Origin: Bacillus subtilis subsp. subtilis str. 168
GTDB taxonomy: Bacteria; Bacillota; Bacilli; Bacillales; Bacillaceae
Direction of reading: 5' to 3'
NCBI RefSeq assembly: GCF_000009045.1
Contig: NC_000964.3
Location: 2,542,001-2,606,000, forward strand
DNA length: 64,000 bases
Part shown: positions 42,035 to 53,668 of the stretch, in pieces
Layout of the letters: each line of letters begins with the position of its first letter
Numbering within the stretch: position 1 is the first letter of the stretch
Notes under the pieces: generated by a model
What the model was told of the DNA's origin: nothing
Database searches by the model: none
The model's input: only the letters and a program-made list of their open reading frames with translations
Program-made: the position numbers and the translations under genes

Positions 42035-43327
42035 TTATCTCTCGCCTTTTAAAAGGGTCGGTTCTGTTACCCGTTTTTGGCCGTCTTCTTCCATGGTTTC
42101 ATTTTCCCCTTCTTTCTCCTTAAAACGAATATCCTTGACAAAGTAATAAATCAAAGGATGTCCTATACCCAATATCGCAAGTGACAAAGGAATTCCCACA
42201 TCCTCTTTCAGAAGGGCCACAATCAGGAGAAAGCACAAAATGGAAACAATTCTGCCGGCGTTCAAGAACATTTCTCTAAGCACGATATATTCAATTCTTG
42301 CTTTTCTGGCATGCCTCGCGCGCCCTATCACATCATATGTAAGTGATACATATGGCACAAGCAACAGAGGATAGCCGATGGCAATAAAAACGCCGTACGT
42401 TAATAATGTCGAAAAGCTCATATGGAACAGAATCAAAAACAGCGCGCCATACAAAATAAGTCCGCCCAGCAAAATCGATTTTTTTCTCGCCTTTTTCTTA
42501 ATCAGCCTGGATGCAAAGTAGTAGGCAAAGAAGGAAACAGCTGAATTGACAAGACCGAATGTACCGAGAGCAAGCTCGCTGTTTGTCTCAATAAATACAA
42601 ACACACTGATTAAAAAGACAAAAATCCCTTCTCTCAAACCCTGAAAAAAATGCGCATTCGTGATTCTCCGCCAATTCATATTGCTATGGCGCTCTCCAAA
42701 TACTTTGCTCAGCATAAAACGGCCCTTTGATTCTCTCCGTTTTAAGAAAAAGCTCATCACGACAGCCAGGGCAAATAAACTGAGGGAGAGACTGAAAATC
42801 ACTGTATAACCCGTATTATTTTCAAGCCTTGAGATCACGAATCCGGCTACAATCGGGCCGATCATTCCTGCAGAGGAAGACAGAATGCCCATAAACCCGT
42901 TGAAAAAGTCTCGTGTATCCGGCTCTGTTATTTCAAAGGTCAGCACGTTAAACGCTAGCCAATAAAAGCCATAGCCAACTCCGAGCACCGCGCCGATTAG
43001 CACGAGGCGGCTGGCCGCCGTTTCTCCGGCTAAAAGCACACTTAAATAAAAGGCAGCTAAAAAAATGACGCCGAACCTTAAAATGAATACCCTGTCTATT
43101 TTTTTGGCTAACCGTCCAGCCAAATAAAAGGTTATCGGCTGCATTGTCACAATGGATAAATTATATATCGCCAAATCAATAAATTTCCCTGACTGCTTCC
43201 AAAGATACACATTAACAAATGTATTGGACAGTGCAATTCCCAGCGAGTAAAGCCCGCCAATGGTCAGCAGAAAGAGTAAGCCTTTGTTTACGTCTACATC
43301 GCCTATCACTTTTTTTAGTTTGCTCAT
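42035..43327 (-). CDS. yqgE: MFS transporter
   Basis: About 12 TM; GRLAKKIDR MFS loop. Confidence 0.88.
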   Translation of the reverse strand: MSKLKKVIGDVDVNKGLLFLLTIGGLYSLGIALSNTFVNVYLWKQSGKFIDLAIYNLSIVTMQPITFYLAGRLAKKIDRVFILRFGVIFLAAFYLSVLLAGETAASRLVLIGAVLGVGYGFYWLAFNVLTFEITEPDTRDFFNGFMGILSSSAGMIGPIVAGFVISRLENNTGYTVIFSLSLSLFALAVVMSFFLKRRESKGRFMLSKVFGERHSNMNWRRITNAHFFQGLREGIFVFLISVFVFIETNSELALGTFGLVNSAVSFFAYYFASRLIKKKARKKSILLGGLILYGALFLILFHMSFSTLLTYGVFIAIGYPLLLVPYVSLTYDVIGRARHARKARIEYIVLREMFLNAGRIVSILCFLLIVALLKEDVGIPLSLAILGIGHPLIYYFVKDIRFKEKEGENETMEEDGQKRVTEPTLLKGER

Positions 43328-43393
43328 TACTGACTCCCCTTTACTATCCCTTAGTCTGTCTCACTCAAACCGAGATATGTAAAAAGAAGACAT

Positions 43394-43427
43394 AAAAAAA
43401 CAAGGTCCCATAATGAGGACCTTGTTT
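43394..43427 (-). terminator. sodA terminator
   Basis: AAACAAGGTCC/GGACCTTGTTT with - strand T-run. Confidence 0.8.
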
Positions 43428-43433
43428 GTGCCA

Positions 43434-44042
43434 TTATTTTGCTTCGCTGTATAGACGAGCCACTTCGTCCCAGTTTACAACATTCCAGAAAGCTGAAATG
43501 TAATCAGGACGGCGGTTTTGATAGTTAAGGTAGTAAGCATGCTCCCAAACGTCAAGACCTAAGATAGGCGTTTTGCCTTCTGAAAGCGGAGAATCTTGGT
43601 TTGGCGTGCTTGTGATTTCAAGTTTACCGTTGTTCACAACAAGCCATGCCCAGCCAGAACCGAAGCGTCCAGCTGCTGCTGCTGCGAATTGCTCTTTGAA
43701 TTTGTCAAAGCTTCCAAATACACTGTTAATCTCTTCAGCAAGCGCGCCAGTCGGTTCGCCTCCGCCGTTTGGAGATAAAAGTGTCCAGAATAATTTGTGG
43801 TTCGCGTGTCCGCCGCCGTTGTTGCGGACTGCAGTGCGGATGTTTTCAGGAACAGAATCAAGATCTGCAACAAGCTCTTCAACTGATTTGTTGGCAAGAG
43901 CAGTGTTTCCTTCAACCGCTTTGTTTAAATTTGTCACGTATGTGTTGTGGTGTTTCGTATGGTGAATAGTCATAGTTTCCTTGTCGATATGCGGTTCTAA
44001 AGCATCGTACGCATAAGGTAATTCTGGAAGTTCGTAAGCCAT
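43434..44042 (-). CDS. sodA: Mn superoxide dismutase
   Basis: [20 protein letters not shown]. Confidence 0.98.
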
Positions 44043-44104
44043 GATAATTCCTCCTTAGTATATATGTACTGAAATGCCGCTTCACAGCGAGCCTTTCTTC
44101 ATTC

Positions 44105-44133
44105 AATGTAACAAAAGAATGCTTTGTAATCAA
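44105..44133 (-). promoter_or_regulatory. sigmaA promoter of sodA
   Basis: TTGATT-17-TACATT. Confidence 0.7.
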
Positions 44134-44220
44134 TGAAAAAGCTCACGATTTGGCTCATTTCAGCGGACATATTTCACTTTAACCGATAATCTGCCCCATT
44201 AAACCTGCCGCCAGCATTTC

Positions 44221-44703
44221 TTATAGGACCGTCCATAAAAAGTAACCGATCATCAAAAGCTGTATGATGCCCTTTGCAATAACCCCTGTTAAAAAACCAA
44301 TGAGTGAGCCGAGGCCAATTTTAAACGCTGACTTTAAGTCCTTCTGATGGACGATAAGTTCTGCGCAAACAGCCCCGATAAACGGCCCCAATATGATCCC
44401 TGCAACCGGAATGACAAAAGGCCCGATTAATAAACCGATCGTGCTTCCCCATATGGCAGCTTTGCTTCCTCCGAACCTTTTTACTCCAAGCAGATTCGAC
44501 ACGTAATCTGCTGCGAATAATACTGCGGCAAAAACTGCCTCAACAAGCCAGAACATATAAGAATACGGACTGAATGAAAATAAAAATCCGTACAATACAA
44601 ATCCGGCAACAATAAATACTACGCTAGGAATAACAGGATACACCAGCCCGATAAAGGCAATGATAAAAACCGCTGCAATCAACAGCCAATACAACATATC
44701 CAT
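44221..44703 (-). CDS. yqgC: DUF456-type membrane protein
   Basis: Highly hydrophobic; [10 protein letters not shown]; ATG 44703. Confidence 0.88.
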
Positions 44704-44812
44704 AGCTTCCATCCTCCCATTTTACTCTGTCTTCTTCATGTCTTCCTTGTATTCACACGCATGCAACGATACAATAAGCAACATATATTAGTTTAGCTAG
44801 GAAGTGAAGATA

Positions 44813-45580
44813 GTGAATGTGTTTCAGCTTTTCATTAAAAGTACATACTCTCCCCGTGATATTGCAAAAACAAGATTTCAAGGAATCGGAAAAGCGATTC
44901 TTTATGTATTTTTGCTCTCTGTCCTGTTTGCAATCCCTACCGCTTATTATGTAAGTACAGGGACCGTAAAATCAATGAACGGCTTTAAAACTGTTTTAAA
45001 CAAAGATTTCCCTGATTTCACAATTTCAAACGGCAAACTTCAAACGGATGAGAAAAAAGCCACGGAATCTCAGGCAAATGGTTTCGTTATCGTGTTCGAT
45101 CCGACAGACTCCTATGGCACTGAACAAATTGAAGCAAAGCAAAACGCAATCGGCATCCTTCAGAACAAATTTGTTTTGGCCATTGACGGACAAGCCCAAG
45201 AAATGTCTTACTCAATGATGCCGTCAGAGTTACAGAAAAAAGATGTCATTGCAGGTTTAAACCAAAATAAAGCGATGATTGTAACTGTTCTCTCAGCTCT
45301 TATTTTTCTCGTAACAGCAGCGGGAAAATTTATTGAAGTATCGTTTTTAGCGCTTATCGGGTTAATCATTAAGAATTCGCAGAAAAAACATTTATCCTAT
45401 CATCAGCTCTGGAAGCTTTCTGCTTATTCCATCACACTTTCAACTGTATTCTTTACAATCATGCGGGCACTAGAAGCAACCGTACCAAGTGAATTTTTGC
45501 TGAACTGGTTTGTCAATTTTGTCATCCTGTTTCTCGTTTTAAAAGAGATTCCGTCCAAAAAAGTAATTAATAAAAGTTAA
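44813..45580 (+). CDS. yqgB: DUF1189-type membrane protein
   Basis: TM-soluble-TM layout; start 44813 or 44804. Confidence 0.82.
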
Positions 45581-45900
45581 ATTATATTTATTTTTATCCT
45601 TTAAGTAGAGAGTGTGAAAGCATTTGCATTAACTTTTTACTTAAGGGATATTTAATAAAATGTATAGAGCTTAAACAGATACATTTATAAAAAAAGCTCT
45701 ACAATTACTCAAGAACAAGCTCTGGACAATAATATCAGAAGTAGTAAGATGTAACATGAAAGAAGTTCTTAACAGCATTTGACATATGTTTTTAACAAAA
45801 TAAGAATAATGTTAAATTTTAACTAATAGACTAGTTAAAATCATATGGCAAAATATTTTGCATCCTTTCACAACATATTTACATAAGATAGTTGCTATTT

Positions 45901-45932
45901 AAAAAGCCAGGTACCAATAGGGCACCTAGCTT
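45901..45932 (-). terminator. yqgA terminator
   Basis: AAAGCTAGGTGCC-ctatt-GGTACCTGGCTTT + TT. Confidence 0.6.
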
Positions 45933-45995
45933 TCAGAATTAAATCATCAACAAGTTAGAATTATCTTCTTTCCTTCTATTCTCATTATTGAACTG

Positions 45996-46424
45996 TTATC
46001 TTTTTTGTGGGTTTATGTATACAAATGCAGCTCCCTTAGCTTTCCCCTTATATACTGATAAACCTACTGCCCAAGGTGTTCCTGTCGGTTTTGGTAATTT
46101 ACTGAAGTAAAACTTTTTGGTTGGAGTTCTACTTGAAAAGTACCCTGAATATTGCGGGCCAATGTCCCCACCCTCAACTATAGATACACCAAAGCTCTTA
46201 TAATTTAGTTTACCGCATTTTCCATTTGTTTCGGCGTAAGCATCAATAGATGTTGCACTCTTAGTATATGTATAAGCATCTGTAATAACTCTTATTTTAC
46301 AACCAGAAATACCACTTACCGGTTGCCAACCACTGCTTGCAGCCTCTGCTTTTTCTTTAGGTGCAACTACCAAAGTTAACATTAGTAGCAAAATTAAAAA
46401 CACAGAAAATTTTCCTTGCTTCAT
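45996..46424 (-). CDS. yqgA: Secreted cell-wall protein YqgA
   Basis: Signal peptide ending AEA; basic mature domain with 2 Cys; AT-rich. Confidence 0.85.
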   Translation of the reverse strand: MKQGKFSVFLILLLMLTLVVAPKEKAEAASSGWQPVSGISGCKIRVITDAYTYTKSATSIDAYAETNGKCGKLNYKSFGVSIVEGGDIGPQYSGYFSSRTPTKKFYFSKLPKPTGTPWAVGLSVYKGKAKGAAFVYINPQKR

Positions 46425-46639
46425 TTTGTAGATCCTCCTTTAAACTATTACATAATTATCCTAACAGATCCATTGTTCATTGTAAATAATGGAATACGAG
46501 TTTTATATTATAAAAGCCTCTTTTTGATCTAATTTTGCACTATTTTCTATTTTCTATCTGAAGTTAATGTTTAGTCGAAGAAATCCTGTCAAAAAAGCGC
46601 CTGTATAAAAACCGAGCATTCGCAGTCTCTTTTCTTTTG

Positions 46640-46668
46640 TCATGAATCGAAATGGACAAGCATACTAT
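46640..46668 (+). promoter_or_regulatory. sigmaE-type promoter of yqfZ
   Basis: TCATGAA-14-CATACTAT. Confidence 0.55.
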
Positions 46669-46700
46669 GGTATAAAATTTCGTATGCGGGAGGAAAAGCG

Positions 46701-47000
46701 ATGAAGCGTCTCACCTTAGTATGCAGCATTGTTTTTATACTTTTTATTCTTTTTTATGACCTTAAAATTGGAACCATACCCATTCAGGACCTCCCTGTCT
46801 ATGAAGCATCAGCAAAAACGGCTGTACAAGAACCGGCTTATAAAACGGTGAAGGTAAAGCCGGGTGATACGGTTATGTCGATAGTCGGATCAGCAGGTTC
46901 TCCGGATGACATTGTAAAGGATTTTGAAGCACTGAATCCAAATGTGAAAGCTAACGCCATTCAAGCCGGAACAGCGTATAAATTCCCGGTCTACCCTTAA
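46701..47000 (+). CDS. yqfZ: LysM-domain protein
   Basis: Signal/TM + VKVKPGDTVMSI...NP LysM. Confidence 0.88.
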   Translation: MKRLTLVCSIVFILFILFYDLKIGTIPIQDLPVYEASAKTAVQEPAYKTVKVKPGDTVMSIVGSAGSPDDIVKDFEALNPNVKANAIQAGTAYKFPVYP

Positions 47001-47015
47001 TTTAACGTTAATTTC

Positions 47016-47045
47016 TTGTCAGTTCGGCGAAGACACTGTTACAAT
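47016..47045 (+). promoter_or_regulatory. sigmaA promoter of ispG
   Basis: TTGTCA-18-TACAAT with TG extension. Confidence 0.6.
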
Positions 47046-47122
47046 GTAATTTGTAAAATAAATTCACATAAACCATACTAGAATTGTTATATCTAGAAGC
47101 GGCAACTACAATTAAGGAGCGA

Positions 47123-48256
47123 TTGCAAGTGAGTGAAATCACACATCGTACAAAAACGCGTCCCGTCAAAGTGGGACCTTTAACAATAGGCGGCAACAAT
47201 GAAGTTGTCATCCAAAGCATGACAACAACAAAAACACATGATGTAGAAGCAACGGTTGCGGAAATTAACCGTTTGGCTGAAGCCGGATGCCAAATCGTTC
47301 GGGTAGCATGTCCGGATGAACGGGCGGCAAACGCCATTGCGGATATTAAAAAGCGCATTTCCATTCCTCTCGTTGTTGACATACATTTCGATTATAAACT
47401 TGCGTTGAAAGCCATTGAAGGCGGCGCAGATAAAATCCGAATCAACCCCGGCAATATCGGCCGGCGCGAAAAAGTTGAAGCGGTTGTTAAAGCGGCCAAA
47501 GACAAAGGCATTCCGATCAGAATCGGAGTAAACGCCGGTTCATTGGAAAAACGGATTTTAGAAAAATACGGTTATCCGACTGCCGATGGAATGGTAGAAA
47601 GCGCACTTCATCACATTAAAATTCTTGAGGATCTTGATTTTCACGATATTATTGTCAGCATGAAGGCCTCTGACGTGAACCTTGCAATCGAGGCTTATGA
47701 AAAAGCAGCGAAAGCGTTTGACTACCCGCTTCACCTCGGGATCACCGAGTCAGGAACACTGTTTGCCGGCACAGTAAAGAGCGCAGCAGGACTCGGCGCC
47801 ATTTTAAGCAAAGGCATCGGGAACACCATGCGCATTTCACTAAGCGCAGACCCTGTAGAAGAGGTAAAAGTAGCAAGGGAGCTTCTGAAATCTTTCGGCT
47901 TAGCCTCCAATGCTGCCACGCTCATCTCATGCCCGACTTGCGGCCGTATTGAGATTGATCTAATCAGCATTGCCAATGAAGTGGAAGAGTATATTTCTAA
48001 GATAAAAGCGCCGATTAAAGTTGCTGTTCTCGGCTGCGCTGTAAACGGACCTGGTGAAGCGAGAGAAGCTGATATCGGAATCGCCGGCGCACGCGGTGAA
48101 GGGCTGCTGTTCCGGAAAGGGAAAATTGTCCGTAAGGTTCCAGAGGAAACGATGGTAGAAGAACTCAAAAAAGAAATTGACATTCTTGCTGAGGAACACT
48201 ACGCAAAACTTGAAGCTGAAAAAGCAAAATTAAAAGAAGAAACACAAAAAGCTTGA
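47123..48256 (+). CDS. ispG: HMBPP synthase IspG
   Basis: TTG after AAGGAG; [22 protein letters not shown] 4Fe-4S Cys. Confidence 0.97.
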   Translation: MQVSEITHRTKTRPVKVGPLTIGGNNEVVIQSMTTTKTHDVEATVAEINRLAEAGCQIVRVACPDERAANAIADIKKRISIPLVVDIHFDYKLALKAIEGGADKIRINPGNIGRREKVEAVVKAAKDKGIPIRIGVNAGSLEKRILEKYGYPTADGMVESALHHIKILEDLDFHDIIVSMKASDVNLAIEAYEKAAKAFDYPLHLGITESGTLFAGTVKSAAGLGAILSKGIGNTMRISLSADPVEEVKVARELLKSFGLASNAATLISCPTCGRIEIDLISIANEVEEYISKIKAPIKVAVLGCAVNGPGEAREADIGIAGARGEGLLFRKGKIVRKVPEETMVEELKKEIDILAEEHYAKLEAEKAKLKEETQKA

Positions 48257-48277
48257 CGGGAACCCGTCAAGCTTTTT
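48246..48277. terminator. Bidirectional terminator ispG/yqfX
   Basis: AAAAAGCTTGACGGG-aa-CCCGTCAAGCTTTTT. Confidence 0.88.
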
Positions 48278-48281
48278 TGTG

Positions 48282-48665
48282 TTAGAAAAATGGAATAATA
48301 AATATTCCAAGCACTAATGAAACGACACCGATACCCATTGCCCAGGCTCCAAGGCCTTGAGCACCTCTTCTTCTTGCGATATAGCCGACAATAATACCAG
48401 CAGCTCCCAATAAAACAGGCAGTACAAACAATGAAATGATGGACAAGGCTAAAGCGATGTACCCTATTCCCCGTCCTTCATTGACATTGCCGCCGCTGCG
48501 ATCATTGTCTTGGTCATTGCTGCGGTCAGCAGCACGATAAGGCTCTGCGATTTCAGCAGCTGTTTCCTCAAAAAAACCGTCATTGTCGCGGGTAATATTT
48601 GTCCCTTCAGATCCATGATCAACATAGTAACTGTTGTTATCACGCTTTTCGTAATCGTTTGCCAC
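48282..48665 (-). CDS. yqfX: Small membrane protein with acidic N-terminus (spore-associated)
   Basis: GTG 8 nt after AAGGGGG (TTG 48671 alternative); C-terminal TM pair. Confidence 0.82.
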   Translation of the reverse strand: MANDYEKRDNNSYYVDHGSEGTNITRDNDGFFEETAAEIAEPYRAADRSNDQDNDRSGGNVNEGRGIGYIALALSIISLFVLPVLLGAAGIIVGYIARRRGAQGLGAWAMGIGVVSLVLGIFIIPFF

Positions 48666-48803
48666 CTTCAATTCCCCCTTCTGTTTTATTAAAGGAGCTT
48701 TTATAGTTTGATCCATTTTGCCTGATTCATGTTTGCTAAACTTTTCTGTTAATGTCAATTGTTTATGTTACACTTGAAGGGATGAAACTGAAGGAGTGTG
48801 GGC

Positions 48804-49385
48804 ATGTTACGCTTAGGAATAGATATTGACGGCACAATCACGGCTCAGGATACATTCGTCCCTTATTTGAACCGTTCGTTTAATCTTTCCATTTCATTAA
48901 ACGATATGACGGATTATGATTTAACAAAGCTGTTAAACATTACCCAGGAAGAATTTTGGGATTGGATGAATCAAAATGAAGCGATCATATATAAGGAAGC
49001 ATTGCTTGCACAGCATGCGAAACAGTCTCTCGATCTTCTCAAAGAGGAGCACAAGCTTATTTATATTACAGCGAGACGGACTCATTTAACTGATATTACT
49101 TATGAATGGTTTGACAGACAAAACATTCATTATGACCACATCGAACTTGTTGGGGGTCATCACAAAGTTGAAGCGGTCAAGAATCATAACATCGACCTGT
49201 TTTTTGAGGATCATCACGGGAACGCCATGATGATTGCGAAAGAAGCCGGGATACCGGTGATTTTGTTCAATTCCCCTTATAATCAGCTTCCGATTGATTC
49301 AAACATCATCAGAGTAAACAACTGGCTAGAAGCCGTTCAATGGATGAACAACAACAAGCATCACTTAATACGCGTCAATAACTGA
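48804..49385 (+). CDS. yqfW: HAD-superfamily 5'(3')-deoxyribonucleotidase-like
   Basis: DIDGT, ITAR, FEDH motifs. Confidence 0.88.
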   Translation: MLRLGIDIDGTITAQDTFVPYLNRSFNLSISLNDMTDYDLTKLLNITQEEFWDWMNQNEAIIYKEALLAQHAKQSLDLLKEEHKLIYITARRTHLTDITYEWFDRQNIHYDHIELVGGHHKVEAVKNHNIDLFFEDHHGNAMMIAKEAGIPVILFNSPYNQLPIDSNIIRVNNWLEAVQWMNNNKHHLIRVNN

Positions 49386-49413
49386 AAAAGGAGCCCAAAC
49401 CGGGCCCCTTTTT
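49385..49413. terminator. Bidirectional terminator yqfW/zur
   Basis: AAAAAGGAGCCC/GGGCCCCTTTTT. Confidence 0.75.
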
Positions 49414-49427
49414 CATATATACGCATT

Positions 49428-49865
49428 TTACGCAGTAGTGTTTTCTTGGTTTTCCGCTGTACAATCAGGGCATGTGCCATAAATCTCAAATTTATGCCCG
49501 CTGACCTGATAGCCATCCAAATCATCACAAAGCTTGTCCATCGGACATGATTCAATTTCCTTTGTTTTGCCGCAGGCAAGACAAATAAAATGATGGTGGT
49601 GATGGGTGAATGAACACTTAAATCGGAAGAGCTTTTCACCGGACAGCTCAGTTGTTTCCAAAATCCCAAGTTCTTCATATAAAGAAAGATTTCTGTAGAT
49701 TGTATCAAAGCTTAAGCCTGGATAATCATCATTCAGTGCAGACAGTACGTTTTTAGCGGTAAGATATCTGTCTGAATCAGCAAAAAGCTGCAGCATATCC
49801 TCCCGTTTGTTTGTATATTTATATCCGTTTTCTTTTAATAGGTTCAGCGCTTCTTGGACGTTCAT
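49428..49865 (-). CDS. zur: Zinc uptake regulator Zur
   Basis: Fur family; [16 protein letters not shown]. Confidence 0.96.
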   Translation of the reverse strand: MNVQEALNLLKENGYKYTNKREDMLQLFADSDRYLTAKNVLSALNDDYPGLSFDTIYRNLSLYEELGILETTELSGEKLFRFKCSFTHHHHHFICLACGKTKEIESCPMDKLCDDLDGYQVSGHKFEIYGTCPDCTAENQENTTA

Positions 49866-49913
49866 GAAGGGTCCCCCTTTTCGCTTTGCTTAAGAACGTA
49901 TCACATGTATGAA

Positions 49914-49954
49914 AAAGAAAATGGCAGCTGTCTGTCCAGCAAGCCATTTTCTTT
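49914..49954 (-). terminator. yqfU terminator
   Basis: AAAGAAAATGGC/GCCATTTTCTTT 12-bp stem + T-run. Confidence 0.7.
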
Positions 49955-50002
49955 ACTGCAGATAAAATTATACCCATAAAATGAATAAAAGTAAATGAAA
50001 GC

Positions 50003-50911
<909 letters not shown>

Positions 50912-50999
50912 TTAAATACATTATAAATCTATTTTACCATTAAACACTGACACATTTTACTGATTTGCCCATACATTAAGTCTGGAGGTGGAATGACCG

Positions 51000-51254
51000 A
51001 TGATTTTATTTCAAAGAATTATTTTGCAGCGGCTTAATCAGGCTACTGCTGATGATTTGCTGAAGTACTCAAAACAATACGGAATCAGCTTAACAAGATC
51101 GCAGGCCGTTGAAGTAGCGAACCTGTTATACGGGAAAAATGTAAACATCTTTAATGAGAGTGAACGAATGCGGCTGCTGAAACAAGTAGAGACGATTACA
51201 TCGAAAGAAACAGCTCAAACAGTTAATGAACTATTCAAACAATTTACAAGCTAA
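51000..51254 (+). CDS. yqfT: Small protein YqfT (DUF2624); upstream CATACATTA suggests a mother-cell sigma promoter
   Basis: SD GGAGGTG; 84 aa. Confidence 0.82.
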   Translation: MILFQRIILQRLNQATADDLLKYSKQYGISLTRSQAVEVANLLYGKNVNIFNESERMRLLKQVETITSKETAQTVNELFKQFTS

Positions 51255-51282
51255 AAAATGGGGGTGTTATCCCCCATTTTTT
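51253..51282. terminator. Bidirectional terminator yqfT/nfo
   Basis: AAAAAATGGGGG-tgttat-CCCCCATTTTTT. Confidence 0.88.
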
Positions 51283-52174
51283 ATTGCTGTAAAATCTTTT
51301 CAAGCAATGTATCATCAAATTGTTTTTCTTTCAGCATTTCAATCTCAAAACGGTATGGCGGTTTTTTGTTCTTTTTATCTTCACCGACGTATGGTGTTTC
51401 AAGAATTTTTGGAATGTCTTTTAACTGCTCATGGTGAACAACATATTGCAGTGCGTCAAAACCTATTTCACCAAAGCCAATATTTTCATGGCGGTCTTTT
51501 CTCGCACCTTTGACATTTTTGCTGTCATTGATATGAAGCACTTTAATACGGTCAATGCCAATGATTTTATCGAACTCATTTAGCACTCCGTCAAAGTCTT
51601 CGACAATGTTATACCCGGCATCATGTGTATGGCACGTGTCAAAGCACACTGACAGCTGCTCATTGTGTGTAACGCCTTCGATAATCTGCGCAAGCTCCTC
51701 AAAGCTTCTGCCGCATTCTGATCCTTTTCCAGCCATTGTTTCTAATGCAATCTGGACATTTTGATTCGGATCAATCACTTCATTTAAGCCTTCAATAATT
51801 TTTTTGATGCCGGCTTCAGCTCCTGCCCCTACGTGAGCGCCAGGATGAAGGACAATTTGCTTCGCTCCGATGGCCGCTGTCCGTTCAATTTCTGAACGAA
51901 GAAAATCAACACCCAGCTCAAAAGTGGACGGATTTGTCGTGTTGCCAATATTAATAATATAAGGCGCGTGTACGATAATCTCGTCAATGCCGTTTTCTTG
52001 CATATGTGCCCGGCCTGCTTCTATATTTAAGTCTTCAATTTTCTTTCGGCGCGTATTTTGCGGTGCGCCTGTATAGATCATAAACGTATTCGCCCCATAA
52101 GAGACTGCTTCCTGGCTTGCAGCCAGAAGCATATGTTTTCCGCTCATAGAGACGTGTGAGCCTATTCTCAGCAA
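51281..52174 (-). CDS. nfo: Endonuclease IV
   Basis: HAPY, HPG, ETMAG, DTCH, HIND, DRHE, ETP. Confidence 0.96.
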   Translation of the reverse strand: MLRIGSHVSMSGKHMLLAASQEAVSYGANTFMIYTGAPQNTRRKKIEDLNIEAGRAHMQENGIDEIIVHAPYIINIGNTTNPSTFELGVDFLRSEIERTAAIGAKQIVLHPGAHVGAGAEAGIKKIIEGLNEVIDPNQNVQIALETMAGKGSECGRSFEELAQIIEGVTHNEQLSVCFDTCHTHDAGYNIVEDFDGVLNEFDKIIGIDRIKVLHINDSKNVKGARKDRHENIGFGEIGFDALQYVVHHEQLKDIPKILETPYVGEDKKNKKPPYRFEIEMLKEKQFDDTLLEKILQQ

Positions 52175-52183
52175 CAGGTTCCC

Positions 52184-53500
52184 CTACTTTCTTTTCTTAG
52201 ATTGGTTTCTTCTCTGTTTTTTCTTGATTTTCTCCATCTCATAGCTCATTTTCTTTTTATACCCAGGCTTAACCTTCTTCGGCTTTTTCACGAGACGATG
52301 AGCAATTTCATCCGCTTCATTCGGCGTTTTTTTACGTTTTTTGCGGCGCTGACGGTCATCGCCTTTTTTCCATTCGCCCTTTTCAAGCTCTAAGTACTCA
52401 AATTCGATGCCCATTTTTTCAAGTCTTACTAATGCATCCTCATCAGTAAGCTCATAAATGGTCATCGCTTGTCCTGATGAGCCGGCACGAGCCGTTCTGC
52501 CCACACGGTGAACATAGAAATCGAGATCATCCGGCAGCTCATAGTTGATAACATGGCTGACACCTTTAATATCAATACCTCTTGCGGCAAGGTCAGTTGC
52601 AATGATATATGTGAATTCCAAATCATTGATCTGCTTCATGACTTTTTTCCGCTCACGTGGTGTTAATCCGCCGTGCAGCAAGCCGATTTTCATGCCTTTG
52701 CCAGTCAGATACTGGGCAATATGGTCAGCCGTATTTTTCGTGTTGGCAAACACAATCCCCAGGTATGGATTCAGATGCGACATGATGTCAAAAAGGAGCT
52801 TGTCCTTGTCACGATGTTTCGAAGGAATGAGGATATGCTCGATTTTCGCAGCAGTCACCTGTTTTGGCTCCACATGGGCGTATTTCGGATTTTCCATGTA
52901 TTTCTTCAAGAATGGTTTCAGCTTTTCCGGTATGGTCGCTGAGAACACAAGCATTTGCAGATCCTCAGGCATGCGGGAACCGATGTAATCTACATCTGCA
53001 AGGAATCCCATGTCCAGCATTAAATCCGCTTCATCAATAACAAGAGATTCCGCTTTATGAACACTTAACGCCTGTTCTTTGATTAAGTCAGCAATCCGTC
53101 CAGGTGTACCGACAACAAGATGCGGCTGTATTTTCAATTTATCAATTGATTTTTGTTTATCAGTGCCTCCGATAAAACATTTCGAGCGAATCTGACTTCC
53201 TTCTTCACCCTGCGTGATTTTAAGCGCTTCCTGATAAATCTGGTTGGCAAGCTCTCTTGTCGGAGCCGTAATGACTACCTGAACGACATCCTTAGCAGGA
53301 TCGATTTTGTTTAATAAAGGCAGTAAATAAGCGTGAGTCTTTCCAGTACCCGTCTGAGACTGGCCGATGACGCTTTCTTTTTTTAACACTGCAGGAATCA
53401 GCCTTTTCTGGATATCAGTCGGTTCGTAAAAACCAAGGCGATGTACTGCATCTATAATAAATGGTTTCAATTCATAAAGTTCAAATTTCGTTTCTTTCAT
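52184..53500 (-). CDS. cshB: DEAD-box RNA helicase CshB
   Basis: TGTGKT, PTREL, DEAD, SAT, HRVGRTAR; basic tail. Confidence 0.96.
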   Translation of the reverse strand: MKETKFELYELKPFIIDAVHRLGFYEPTDIQKRLIPAVLKKESVIGQSQTGTGKTHAYLLPLLNKIDPAKDVVQVVITAPTRELANQIYQEALKITQGEEGSQIRSKCFIGGTDKQKSIDKLKIQPHLVVGTPGRIADLIKEQALSVHKAESLVIDEADLMLDMGFLADVDYIGSRMPEDLQMLVFSATIPEKLKPFLKKYMENPKYAHVEPKQVTAAKIEHILIPSKHRDKDKLLFDIMSHLNPYLGIVFANTKNTADHIAQYLTGKGMKIGLLHGGLTPRERKKVMKQINDLEFTYIIATDLAARGIDIKGVSHVINYELPDDLDFYVHRVGRTARAGSSGQAMTIYELTDEDALVRLEKMGIEFEYLELEKGEWKKGDDRQRRKKRKKTPNEADEIAHRLVKKPKKVKPGYKKKMSYEMEKIKKKQRRNQSKKRK

Positions 53501-53668
53501 TTTTCCCAGCTCCTTAAAGCGGCACATTATGTGTCCATCATCACATTATACCCGATTTTGCTTAAAAACACCACGTTTGCAAGGCGTTTGTTTTATTCAG
53601 TTATGTAAAGCAAATACCGCAGCCCATGCATATTCTAATAGCAGAGAGAGCTGAAAGGAGGTACAAGT

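Noticed and set aside
44168-44205. Possible sigmaB promoter upstream of sodA (GTTTAA-14-GGTTAA)
   Set aside because: -10 deviates from GGGWAW; not supportable from sequence alone.
45600-45900. Short ORFs in the yqgB-yqgA gap (e.g. MILTSLLVKI*, MQNILPYDFN*)
   Set aside because: About 10 codons, poor SD spacing; expected by chance in AT-rich DNA.
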